Assembly (NCBI GenBank): GCA_964016885.1
Contig: OZ024743.1
Span: 262,012,001 to 262,076,000, forward strand
DNA: 64,000 bases
Direction: 5' to 3'
DNA from: Eledone cirrhosa
Taxonomy: Eukaryota
In this document: positions 51,831 to 64,000 of the stretch, one piece after another
Layout: each line of letters starts with the position of its first letter
How positions within the stretch are numbered: the stretch's first letter is position 1
Made by a program: the position numbers and the translations under genes
The notes under the pieces: generated by a model
What the model saw: the letters and a program-made list of their open reading frames with translations, nothing else
Told to the model about the DNA's origin: nothing
Databases searched by the model: none

Positions 51831-52216
51831 ACGTTTACCAAAATCGATAATTGGTGATCAGTTCTAATTACTGATTGAAGGTAAACATTCCATTTTTCCA
51901 ATTCTCAGAAACAGATCTGTTTATGTAAGGACATCACAATTTTAACACCTAGGAGTATGTATTTAAATCTACATATCATCTGCTCTCTCTCTATATATAT
52001 GAAATACTAGTTTGTTTCTCAATTGATATATCCAGGTATATATCATTTACACTTATATAGATGCTCTGAACAGAAGTTTATTGAGATTTGTACTGAGAAA
52101 CATTATTGATATATATTTTATATGTATTGATTGAGCCTAATATCAAATTAGGGCGAAACAAATTGTTTGCTTAAACTTGTGATCTATGTTAATAATAAAT
52201 TACACAAGCACACACA

Positions 52217-52247
<31 letters not shown>

Positions 52248-52252
<5 letters not shown>

Positions 52253-52663
52253 CAAAATTTTTTCTCGATTCTTCTCTCCATTCGAACCCATTCATTCAAT
52301 CACTTCTATGTCCTAAATTCACACTATATCATATTTTCACCATTATATATCATATCTTTTCTCTAAAAATCATATTTTCCCTATCACCGCATTTTCTCTA
52401 TCGTAAATTCTTAAACAAAACAAATCTTGTATTTTCGTTTATTGTTAAATTATGCCCAATTTTTTCTCGATTCTTCTCTCCATTCGAACCCATTCATTCA
52501 ATCACTTCTATGTCCTAAATTCACACTATATCATATTTTCACCATTATATATCATATCTTTTCTCTAAAAATCATATTTTCCCTATCACCGCATTTTCTC
52601 TATCGTAATTTCTTAAACAAAACAAATCTTGTATTTTCGTTTATTGTTAAATCATGCCCAAAA
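52248..52663. repeat. ~204-bp tandem duplication starting at (AT)n, directly 5' of RTE family 2
   Basis: ATGCCCAA starts at 52248, 52452 and 52654. Confidence 0.92.
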
Positions 52664-52759
52664 TACGGCGATCTTATCTTAAACCTTACATTCTCGCTAA
52701 CAACCCATCATCACTCCCTCCCGCCCCCACGCACCACCATTATTACGTGGACCAATCAT

Positions 52760-55700
52760 AAGTCAGAGGCCCATACTATCGCTTAACTGGTTGCTTTTCG
52801 ATATGATGGATGGACTACGGAATTCTGGAGAGTTGAAGAGAGAAAAATGTGGACGCTCAGCGACAATGCCAAAGATAAAGCCAAATTCACCTCGTGGACG
52901 AGAATGCAAGCACTCCTCCTTGTTTCGGCCCAGGATGGCTAACATAACCCCCCCCCCCCCCGCGCGCCCCACCGCTCCCACCCTCCAAACGCAATCCAAA
53001 ACTTCAGAGTCGGTACCATGAATGTAGGCACCTTAAAGGGTCGCTCTAACGAGGTTGTAGAAATGCTTGAACGTAAGGAGGTCGATGTTTGTTGTATTCA
53101 AGAGACCAGGTGGAGGGGAGGGTCGGCTAGATTCATCGTGGGTAAAGAGCGATGCTATAAGCTTTTCTGGGTGGGAAATGACAATGGGTTGGGTGGGGTA
53201 GGAATCATGGTAGCAGAAAAGTGGGCAGATAAGATAATAGACGTAAATAGAGTGAACGACAGAATAATTAAAATAAGACTTGTCCTCAATAAAACTACGG
53301 TGACAGTAATATCTGCGTACGCACCCCAATCCGGACTGCCCCGCGCTATAAAAGACAGATTCTACGAGACACTGATGCTCGCTACCTCCCAAATAACCGA
53401 CAGTGACTATATAGTTATTGCAGGCGACCTAAATGGTCACGTTGGACAACATTGTGACGGCTATGACGGAATCCATGGAGGCTATGGGTTCGGTACTAGA
53501 TATGAGGAAGGCTCCAGAATCCTGGAATTCTGCGACGCAAATAACTTAACTATCTGTAACACTAACTTCAAAAAACGAGACAATCACTTGATCACCTATA
53601 GATCGGGGGAACACACAAGCCAGGTAGATTATATCCTTACCAGAAGACGTGACAGAGTGTCTGTTGTTAACACTAAATCCCACCCCCATGAAGAATTCAC
53701 CTCCCAACATAGACTGATAAAAAAAAGCGGAAGAGGACTATCCTCAGGAGAAAAATATGGAAGCTAAAGGACCCCATAGCCAGAAATAAATTTCAAAGCA
53801 AATTACTTGACGCTTTCGACAGTAAGGAAGAGCAATTAGAGTCGTATAATATAGAGGAACAGTGGGAATTCCTGAGAGCAAACCTGCTGACGGCGGCAGA
53901 CGAAGTCTGTGGCTGGAGCAGGCCTGTAGGTAGGAGGAGAGTAACATGGTGGTGGAACAGTAAGGTGGAGGAGTCAATTAAGGCCAAAAAGCAGGCTTGG
54001 AAAGTATGGCGGGATGGGGGAAGTAGAGAAGACTATCAAGTGGCCAGGAGGGAAGCTAGGAGACAAGTGTACTTCGCAAGAAGGGAAGCAGAGGAAAGAA
54101 AGTTCAAGCATGTTCTACAACGTGAGGACCAAAAACGTGAGGTGTTCAGGATTGCCAGGCAATGTGTCAAGGAAAACCGTGATATTGTCGGGGAGAAGTG
54201 TGTACTTAACGATGATGGCATACTTGCCATCACCGACGCTGATAAGAAGGTAGCTTGGAAGTGTCACTACGAAAGGCTTCTAAATGAGGAGAACAAATGG
54301 GAGAAAGACAGTCTCCCCCAGATCGATCCAATAGAGGGACCAGCAGTGTTAGTTGAAGGTAGTATAATAAGTAAGGCAATCAAAGATATGAAGACGGGTA
54401 AGGCGGCTGGGCCTTCGGAAATAGTTGCTGAGATGCTGAAGGCATCTGGTTCGGTGGGACACACCATGGTCACCCGGATAGTTAACCAAGTCGTACAGAA
54501 TGGGGTTGTTCCGAAGGAATGGCGTAGCAGCATCATCGTTAACTGCTATAAGGGAAAAGGAGATGCCCTAGATAGGAGTAACTATAGAGGCATTAAATTA
54601 ATCGACCAGGTCATGAAGGTCACGGAAAAAGTAATAGCGCAACTAATCAGAGAGAGAATTGATCTAGATGAAATGCAGTTCGGGTTTGTGTCAGGCAAAA
54701 GTACCACAGACGCTCTTTTCATTGTACGACAACTACAGGAGAAGTACCTAGCTAAAAGTAAACCCCTATACTTAGCTTTTGTCGACTTGGAGAAAGCCTT
54801 CGACAGAGTCCCCCGTTCCATTATCTGGTGGTCTCTTAGAAAACTAGGTGTTGACGAATGGCTTGTGAGAGCTATACAAGCCATGTATAAAGAAACAGTC
54901 AGTAAGGTTAGAATTAACAACGAATATAGTGAAGAGTTTAGCGTAAAAGTTGGTGTCCATCAGGGCTCTGTACTTAGCCCCCTACTATTTATTATTGCCC
55001 TTCAGGCTATAACAGAGGAGTTCAAGACCGGCTGCCCATGGGAACTCCTATACGCAGATGATCTAACGCTCATAGCTGAATCAATGACCGAACTAGAGAA
55101 GAAATTCCAAACGTGGAAGCACGGCCTAGAATCAAAAGGCCTTAAAATTAACCTGGCTAAGACTAAAGTTCTAGTTTGTAGGAAAGAAAATAAGGCGGCG
55201 GTCCCATCGGGGAAATGGCCATGCTCAGTGTGTAGGAAAGGCGTAGGTAGAAACTCCATTTTATGTCCCAAATGCAAAGTATGGGTGCATAAAAGATGTA
55301 GTGGGATCACAGGTAAGCTAACTAAGAACATAGATTTTACATGTGGCCGGTGCTCTGGTGCAATAAGTAGCAGCAAGTGCCCACAAAATACTAGCTCCTT
55401 CAACTGCGCAGAGGGTTCTATAGAAATAGTGGACAGCTTCCGTTATCTGGGTGACAAAATCAGCAGTGGGGGAGGGTGCTCTGAAAGTACAGTAGCTAGA
55501 GTCAGAACTGGATGGAAAAAGTTCAGAGAGCTTATACCACTATTAGCCGCTAGAGGGTTCTCCCTAAAAATGAAAGGCAGGTTATACGATGCCTGCATAC
55601 GAACAGCAATGCTGCATGGCAGTGAGACCTGGGCATTGTGTGCAGAGGATATACGCAGACTAGAGAGGAACGAAGCTTGCATGCTCCGCTGGATGTGCAA

Positions 55701-56516
55701 TAGTAATATACGTGAACGGCAAAGCATAAACGAACTAAGGAAAAAATTAGAAATAAGAGGGATCAGATGTTGTTTACTCGAGAGAAGGTTACGTTGGTAC
55801 GGTCACGTGATGCGCATGAAAGACGACAGCTGTATAACAAAGTGCAGGGCAATAAAGATAGACGGTAGCCACGGAGTAGGCAGACCCAGAAAAACATGGG
55901 ACGAGCTGATAAATTCCGACCTCACACGCTTACACCTCTCCAAGACAATGTCACTGGACCGAGACCTTTGGCGGTACTCAGTAATAGAGAAGACCCGCCT
56001 TACCTAAATACAAAGTAAAAACCTACTACAGTCAGTAGGCACCTCTATCAAAACACACCCCCGTCCCACCACCTCCACCCCACCCACACCGCCCCTTTCA
56101 ATGTAAAGTTATGTTGGTCCCACAACATCCAGGCCGAAACAAATGAGATCGTGTAGGTGTCACGACAAAAAACACACAGTCCACGCTGTAAATGTGGCCG
56201 TGTAGGCAACACGGTAAAAACCTCCCAGCCCCACACTGTAAATGTGGTTGGTGTTAGGAAGGGCATCCAGCTGTAGAAAACCCGCCAGACAGTCCACGCT
56301 GTAATGTGGCCGTGTAGGCAACACGGTAAAAACCTCCCAGCCCCACACTGTAAATGTGGTTGGTGTTAGGAAGGGCATCCAACTGTAGAAAACCCGCCAG
56401 ACAGTCCTATGCGAGCAAGACAACCACTCTTGCCTCAAGTGGGAAAACCCCCGTCCAAACCCATGCAAGCGTGGAACACGGACGCTAAACCTGATGATGA
56501 TGATGATGATGATGAT
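52760..56516 (+). mobile_element. Near full-length RTE LINE (family 2), ORF disrupted by a frameshifting deletion at ~53717
   Basis: EN in 53018-53717; RT frame open from ~53720 to the stop at 56007; PHD-like finger at 55216-55353; long 3' UTR with duplicated modules; (GAT)n tail. Confidence 0.93.
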
Positions 56517-56974
56517 GCAGGAATATATGGTGGAAAGCAAGACATTTAATAACAAAATTTATTTTTTACACAGAGTTTCGTCGATAAGTACATATAATAT
56601 TATAGTTCCTTCTCCTCTATTCTTATGATATGTGACTCTTATTTTGATAATCTCGCTAGTGTTGGTGATCTACATCATAAACACAGCCAATACACATGGT
56701 AAAGTGGTTGGTGATAGGAAGGTCATCCAGCTATAGAAAGCTTGCCAAACAAAGGGTTGGGATGACCCTCAATCGTGTCAAAGACATGACAACCTCTCCT
56801 GTGCACTTGGTAGAATGTGAGACCATACATAAGTGAAACACAGATTCCTGATTTGTCTGGGAGATCAGTAGCCCCGCTTCAGTACTGACTTGGATATGTA
56901 GACCCATATATATATAGCCCATATTAGCATCGAAAATGGACATTAAACAATGACGATGATGATATATATATATA

Positions 56975-57177
56975 TGTAGGCAACACGGTAAAAACCTCCC
57001 AGACCCACACTGTAAATGTGGTTGGTGTTAGGAAGGGCATCCAACTGTAGAAAACCCGCCAGACAGTCCTATGCGAGCAAGACAACCACTCTTGCCTCAA
57101 GTGGGAAAACCCCCGTCCAAACCCATGCAAGCGTGGAACACGGACGTTAAACGTTGATGATGATGATGATGATGATG

Positions 57178-57180
<3 letters not shown>
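56975..57180 (+). mobile_element. Short 5'-truncated RTE family 2 3' end inside (AT)n
   Basis: Nearly identical to 56313-56516. Confidence 0.9.
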
Positions 57181-57209
<29 letters not shown>

Positions 57210-57334
57210 CATATGTATATACATATATGAAGAAACAAGATGAAACAGAATATTACTTATTTCATTTGTAAAACAATAGGTTTTTAATAGATGAGAGATG
57301 CTAGTTTATTAATAGATGAGAGATTGTAAAGGTT

Positions 57335-57515
57335 TGAAGATGAGAGGTGATAGTGTTAAAGATGGGTTGATGGGTGAGAGAGAGAGGGGTGATACTGTTG
57401 AAGATATGGGTGGTGGCTGAGTGAGAGAGGGAGGTGATACTGTTGAAGATAGGGGTGGTTGGTAAGAGAGAGAGAGGTGATACTGTTAAATATAGGGGTG
57501 GTGGGTAAGAGGGAG
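57335..57515. repeat. Degenerate ~43-bp purine-rich tandem repeat
   Basis: GAGAG..GTGATACTGTTGAAGATA.GGGTGGT, four copies. Confidence 0.75.
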
Positions 57516-57606
57516 AGGAAATGTACTCCATTTCTTCTCACTTCCCCATTACCTTGTAGAGGTAGAGAGAGAGAGAACAATAAAAAAAATAGAGATGTTG
57601 GAAGAC

Positions 57607-57683
<77 letters not shown>

Positions 57684-58094
57684 GTATGTGAAATTGTGTG
57701 GCTTTGTGGTTAGGGTATTTGGCTCACATTCGTAAGGTTGTGAGTTTGATTCCTGGCAGCGCATTGTGTCCTTCAGCAAGACACTTTATTTCTTGTTGCT
57801 CTAGTCCAAAGGTTCTCAACGGGGGGCATATGCACCACCGGGGGGGCGTTTCGGAACTCCAGAGGGGGGGGGGGGGGCTTGGGGGGATAGGGGGGTGCTG
57901 GAAGGCTCTTTACCTTGGTAAGTTTTATAAGCCATATTTGTATGTCTTTGAGACAGCCAGTGTGAATGCATTTGAATGAGCTTGCAGACAGCATAACTAT
58001 AGTCTGACCGCAGCTGTGAGCAGGTGTGCAGGTGTGTCTAGACATTAACCGGTAATTGAGATCCTAAAAATGGAAAAACCCACAGTCAACTGGT

Positions 58095-58567
58095 AGCACA
58101 CACGTCTAGGACTACATACAACACATAATCAGATAATACACACATCTAGGACCACATACAACACATAAGCAGGTAATACACACATCTAGGACCACATACA
58201 ACACATAATAAGATAATACACACATCTAGGACCACATACAACACATAAGCAGGTAATACACACATCTAGGACCACATGAAACACATAAGGAGGTAGCACA
58301 CACATCTAGGACCACATACAACACACAGGCAGGTAATACATACATTTAGGACCACATACAACACATAATCAGGTAAAACATACATCTAGGACCACATACA
58401 ACACATAAAGAGGTAATACACACATCTAGGACCACATACAACACACAAGCAGGTAATACATACAGCTGGGACCACATGCAATACATAAGCAGGTAATACA
58501 TACATCTAGGACTACATACAACACACAGGCAGGTAATACATACATCTAGGACCACATACAATACACA
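58095..58567. repeat. 40-bp minisatellite, ~12 copies, inside the hAT
   Basis: Unit CACATCTAGGACCACATACAACACATAAGCAGGTAATACA. Confidence 0.95.
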
Positions 58568-59630
58568 TTGTATCATGTGCTACGGACGACGCAAGAGCAA
58601 TGATCGGCCAACACAAGGGCTTCGTCACTCTTCTGAAGAGAGAAAATCTATCTGTATTTGCTGTTCATTGTGTCATTCATCGACAACACTTGGCTGCGAA
58701 GAAACTCAGCAAGCCGCTAAGCAAGTCCTTGCAGGTGGCCATTGATGTCATCAATTTTATCAAATGGCATTCCCTCAATGAACGAATTTTCCAGCAACTG
58801 TGCCAAGATATTGACGAAGAATTCGTCAAGTTGCTCCTTCATACTGAGGTGAGGTGGCTTTCAAAGGGCAAGTGCTTTACTCACTTCTTTGAACTCTTCG
58901 ACTCTATCATTGAGTTTCTGTGAGGACGCGACACAGAACTGTACAAGAAAGCCCTCGATGTGAGGCAAGACTGCGCCTACCTCATCAACATCTTCGACAA
59001 ATGCAATAGCGTCACTTTGGCTTTGCAGGGGAAGAAGATCACCTTGCTTAAAGCAATGAATGCTGTAAAAACATTCCTGGCCAAATTGAATGTCATCGAA
59101 AGGAATCTTTGTTGACGGGAATTCTATAATTTTCCTAGTGTCGCCAATGTTCAAAACATCGTAAGCGATGACCAACTCCAAATTTATACCACTCACCTCC
59201 GTGCGCTACAAGACAACATGAGAGAACAGTTTGTTGACTCTTTGCCAATGGACATCCCAATGTGGATAGCAGATCCCTTCATAGCTAACGTTGATGATTT
59301 GGATGTTAAATTTCAGGAAGAATTCATTGAACTCAAGCAGATGACATGATCAAAATTAGATTTCCCAAAATAGGTGAATCCCTTTTTAGGATGCAAGAGG
59401 AAATTCAGCGTTGATTTCCACACCTACATGCAGAGGCTAAGAGATTTGCTCTGCCTTTTCCAAGCTCATACTAAGTCGAGAGGAGGTTTGGTGCTGTTTC
59501 CAGACTGCACAGTAAGTCTCGCAACCGCTACAATGTAATTACACGTGGAGATCTCTGACTACATCTTAGGAAAATTCAGCCTCACGTCAAAGAGTTAGCT
59601 AGACTCCATGAAGCTCAAGGGTCCCATTGA
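58567..59630 (+). pseudogene. hAT (Buster / ZBED8-FAM200-like) transposase C-terminal half with stops and frameshifts
   Basis: CATDDARAM, HCVIHRQHLA, LLHTEVRWLSKG, LPFPSSY*VERRF and terminal HEAQGSH*. Confidence 0.9.
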
Positions 59631-61411
59631 AATGAGGTCAAAGTTAAAGTAAACTTGGATATGCTATTGTTACAAAGCAAACTAACAATTTGTTTATTTG
59701 TAGTTGCAGTCTGACTGGACTGGAAACCATCTACTATAATTCACTTACTCATTTGTTGTATATATTTTACCATTTACTAATAAATATACCCTCCCGCGTG
59801 GTCATGAAAACCCTCTTCCGTGGTCTCTAAGCTCACAAAGCAGAGGGGACATCAACATTTATTCTATCCAGTTCATTAAAGGGAAAATTGGGAAGCTTTG
59901 AAATGATATAATTGCCACTTTCTTCCAGATAAGAGCACTCTTGGGATAGACAGAGTTACTCTTGTATAAATGTTCAAAATAGCTGGTATCGCCTGGTGGG
60001 AATATAACAAATTCAACTGGTCCTTATTCATAAAAAAGAACATATATGTTCCTTTTTTTAAAATTTATATATTTCCTTTCAAGGAATGTATTTATACTCT
60101 CAGCTGCCTGCAATGGTATCTTTGGAATATTGTTAATCAATTTTTTAGTAATCTACTGATATCAAAATCAGTAGTATATTGAAAAATGGAAAAATAGGGT
60201 AGGGGGGCCTTTCGTGATTTCGAGGGACAAAAGCGGGTGTTTGGTCTAAATGGGTTGAGAACCTGTGCTAGAGTCCACTCAGCTGGCAAAAATGAGTTGT
60301 ACTTGTATTTTGAAGGTATTCTGTGTCAGACTGAAAGAACTACGTTAAGAGTACACGTGTCTGTGGAATGCTCAGCCACTTGCACGTTAGTTTTGCGAGC
60401 AGGCTGTTCTGTTGATTGTATCAACTGGAACACTCGTAACCAACATAGTGCCAGTTAGTTCTCACAGGATCACCAGACAAGGCTGACTCTACTTTGGTAT
60501 TGAGTACTTATTCTTGTGTCTGTCAATATCACACAGACATATACATATATGTGTGTGTGTATATATATTGTAAGCAAATAAATGATTTAAACTGAACTTT
60601 GATTATTGTAATCTCTCTCTCTATATATATATATATATACACACGCACTAGATATAAATATATTATAAAGAAAGAGAGAGAGACAGAAGCTTGATAGGGA
60701 TATTTGAAGAAAGTAAAAATAAAAGTTGTCTGAATGTTGATTTAAGGGAGAGGAAAACCCCACTCCCCCATCATTCACACTCACTTTCTGCCAATTCCAC
60801 AGTAGTTTTCAAAGTTGAGGTGTATGACCTAAAAATATAAAAACCATTTCCTTTACTAATGTCAGGTGGGAGGAGGCTTTTAGGGAAGGAAGGGAGGGGG
60901 TCTTATTTTGTTTTGTTTTATTTTTGTCTTCTACTTTCAGGTGTTGACTCATCTAAAAAATGTTCAAGGGTTTTGCAGCAATGTTCATAGAATTACTTCA
61001 ATGTGGGGTTGGGTAGTCCCTTGCTGTAAATTTATTTCTATACCTTTCTACTCTGCATCCCTTCAAACACTCCCCTGCTGTGAAGCTACAAATAAAATAA
61101 CCCTATGTTGTATAACAACAGCAACAATAATAATTCTTATAACATATATGCAGGGCCAGAAATTTTGAAATAAGGGTTAGTTGATTATATTGACTAACTC
61201 CTCTTTATCTTCTTGACTGGTGCTTTACTTTCTCCATCCTGTTAGCCGCATCATGAGGCGAACAACATATTAGAGTAGGAGTAGGGTGGTAGTCTTCAGA
61301 TGAAAGGATTAATAATGCTTGCACACACACACACATCTAAACAATTTTAAAGTTATCTTCTTTACATTTGAAATATATATTTTTTCATGTTAAATTTTAG
61401 GTTTTTAGGTA

Positions 61412-61712
61412 CTCTCAGGTCCCAAATAATAGGGGGAGGGGTGTTCAAATAGGCAGGAGTGTTGGAATAAATGGGGGTGGCTGGGAAATCGGTAATTGTA
61501 TAGTGTATGTTCGGAAATATGGGATTTCTTGTAATGTTCTTTTTTTGTCATATATAATGTTTTTTTTAATGTAAAATAAAATTATTATTAGATTCTCCAG
61601 CTGCTGTATTGATATGAATCACTTACAATAAAATTTCACCGGATATAGATTAGCAAAATTTAATAAGCGGGATGGGAGGGGTGGGGAAACACGATTATTC
61701 AAGACCTGAGAG
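61412..61712. mobile_element. Tc1/mariner-type MITE
   Basis: TA-CTCTCAGGTC...AATAAT / ATTATT...GACCTGAGAG-TA, with TA TSD. Confidence 0.78.
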
Positions 61713-61949
61713 TAAATGAAAGTTTTTAATCTGCTGAACTGAAGCAGAAATACTGTGGTGCCTTGAGGACAAAACCTTCAGTATATTTACTCAACCAACA
61801 TGAAAAGAAAGCAAAAAAAAAAAAAAAAAATTACATTTGTCCTACAATAGTTGATATAACTTATTTATAAGCAGAACTCAAAAGCTGACTGCATAAACAT
61901 TGTATTTTGTATGAACATTTTATAGTATGGACCAATGTTTATCAACTAA

Positions 61950-62146
61950 CAGGGCTGGATTAACTGTTAAGCAAAATAAGCACATATTTAGGGTATCAAA
62001 GGAAGAGGGGCACTATTTTATTCAAATTAAATGTATTTGTCATTAAAAAAAAAACAAACTTTTGGCAGACTTTATAGAAGGGGGTGGGGAGAGGAATCAT
62101 AATTTTTTAAGTGTTTAGGATCTCAAAATGACTTAATCCAGCTATG
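61950..62146. mobile_element. hAT-type MITE with perfect 8-bp TSD
   Basis: TCAACTAA-CAGGGCTGGATTAA ... TTAATCCAGCTATG-TCAACTAA. Confidence 0.88.
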
Positions 62147-63242
62147 TCAACTAACCTTGGAAGAATGAAAGGCAAACTTGTTCTTAGTAGGGTTTGAACT
62201 CAAAACATAAATATGTAACTCAACACTGCAAAGCATTTTGTCCAATGTTCTAACATTTCTTACATAAAAATGATGATGATAATGATGGTGCTGATGGTGA
62301 TAGTGGTGGGTGTGGGGAGGAGGTGAGAGGGTGGTGGTGATGATGAGACAAGGCCAAAAATATTAGAAGGGTTAGCTAATTATATTGACCTTACATAGAG
62401 GAAAGTTGAACATAAAGAATCTGATCAAATACTGCAATGCTCTACCAATTTTAATGATAATAATAGTTTCTGATTTAGGCATAAGGCCAACAATTTTGGG
62501 GGAGAGGAAAGTTGATTAAATCAATCCAGTGCATTACTGGTACCTTATTTTATCGACCACATAAGTATGAAAAGCAAAGTTAACATCTGTGGGATTTGAA
62601 ATAAGAACAGAAGAGGCCATAACTCTATGTTGGGAAGCTTGTACTCCAACGCTCTAATGATACTGCCAGAGGTGTTTTTGTTATATTCTTTAAGGTGATC
62701 ATGTGTATATAGTCAATGACAGAGCGCCTCTACTTGGTCACTTAACCTACTAGAAATAGCAGTTGAATCTTTCTCAAATCTCATCTCATAATTTAAAAAA
62801 AGAAGGGACACATTGGATAATGCCTTGCATATATTATATGATTGGCAGTATCAGTAGAGGGTCGGACGCCATGCTTTCCAGCATAGTTACGTCCCTTTAC
62901 GATCTAAGTTCAAATCCCGCCAAGGTTGACTTTGCCTTTCATCCTTACAGGGTCGATAAAATAAAGTACCAGTTATGCACTGGGTAATTTCTGGCCTTGT
63001 GCCTAAAGTAGAAACAATTATATGAATATGACTGTGTGGTCATGGCTGGGATGTTTAATATGAGAATAAACCATGCAAACTAGATGTTAATGTGGGAGTA
63101 GATACAGTGTAGGAAACTTAGTGTGCAATAGCGTGCAATTTGTTAGAGAGACATGTGGTGATAATGTAAGTATATGTTATGTGAGGTGTAATGCAAAGGA
63201 TGTGATAGAATTGGATAGGTGATTTTCATTCAAGTGTTTTTG

Positions 63243-63515
63243 TGTTGAGGTTCATATGTATGTGAACATGTTGGTTGTAACCCTCAGCTATTAACCATGG
63301 AATTATTTTGAGTCGTTTATAGTTAATAGGTGTTTGTTTGTTAAATGTAAATTCCACTGAATTACAGGCCATGTTGCTATAACAACATGGCCTGTAATTC
63401 GGTGGAATTTACATTTAACAAACACACACCTGTTAACTATAACGACTCAAAATAATTCCATGGTTAATAGCTGTGGGTTAAAACCAACATATACACATAC
63501 ATACGAACTACAACA
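63243..63515. repeat. Long imperfect palindrome (~135-bp arms, ~6-nt loop near 63379) ending in (TA)n
   Basis: GAATTACAGGCCATGTTG / CAACATGGCCTGTAATTC and flanking arm sequence. Confidence 0.92.
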
Positions 63516-63707
63516 TATATATGTATATATATATATATATAGTAATAAGAATATTTATATATATTTAATACAACTATAAATATGGAGGGTAGTACTAAGT
63601 ACTAGCCGGTTACCGGTATGACAAAAGGCTCAATGCAAATTTTCAAGTGTTTTACAGAGCCGAGATACAGAGTGTTAAAACGATCAAATTTTAGTTTAGA
63701 ACATTCA

Positions 63708-63760
63708 CCTGCTGACAACTGTTTCTTCCATAGGGAAGTCTGGAATCATCGGAGCACAGG
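63708..63760 (-). ncRNA. Hammerhead motif (CCGATGA core variant) overlapping a 60-bp inverted repeat (63671-63730 / 63821-63880)
   Basis: Minus strand: cctgtgct-CCGATGA-TTCCA(gacttcccta)TGGAA-GAAA-CAGTTG-TC-agcagg. Confidence 0.62.
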
Positions 63761-63881
63761 GAATGTCAAAACATGTGACTAAAATCCTAGTCATTCAGAA
63801 CACCCAGGGTACATAATTGTTGGAAGAAACAATTGTCAGCAGGTGAATGTTCTAAACTAAAATTTGATCGTTTTAACACTT

Positions 63882-63946
<65 letters not shown>

Positions 63947-64000
63947 GCTGCAGAGTAAAATCTTTAAAGGAATTTCAATTTTCTGGCCTCCAGTATTTCT

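Larger units (their letters stand above)
57807..60267 (+). mobile_element. Buster/Charlie-type hAT DNA transposon (defective)
   Basis: 14-bp TIRs CAAAGGTTCTCAAC / GTTGAGAACCTGTG; imperfect 8-bp TSD CTCTAGTC / CTAGAGTC; transposase remnant inside. Confidence 0.9.
57690..60450 (+). mobile_element. tRNA-derived SINE split by the hAT insertion (57690-57806 and 60268-60450)
   Basis: A-box TGGCTTTGTGG and B-box GTTTGATTCC. The body resumes at CACTCAGCTGGCAAAAATGAG and matches the minus-strand copy at ~8965-9230. Confidence 0.78.

Overview
Repeat-rich, AT-rich animal genomic DNA; the SINE/LINE repertoire and (AT)n/(GAT)n microsatellites suggest an octopus or other cephalopod (inference). Two host genes are supported. 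One is the 3' part of a spliced + strand gene encoding two tandem, cationic 8-Cys WSC domains, with 7 exons at 3660-20279 including 21-nt and 24-nt microexons. The other is a convergent, intronless NUDCD2 homologue (25815-26276, -). The rest is a 3-kb mixed-unit satellite, minisatellites and mobile DNA. The mobile DNA comprises an intact RTE LINE ORF (30664-33732) and a frameshifted second RTE, both with a C4HC3 PHD-like finger inside the RT; two 5'-truncated CR1-like LINEs; a Buster-type hAT with a related MITE; Tigger and CRE fossils; and TTAA-, TA- and 8-bp-TSD MITEs. The most notable hidden signal is about ten minimal type-I hammerhead ribozyme motifs or remnants with palindromic stem III. 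Several lie in long inverted/tandem duplications next to (TA)n, the architecture of Penelope-like pseudo-LTRs or retrozyme-like elements. All calls were made by eye, with no database searches.
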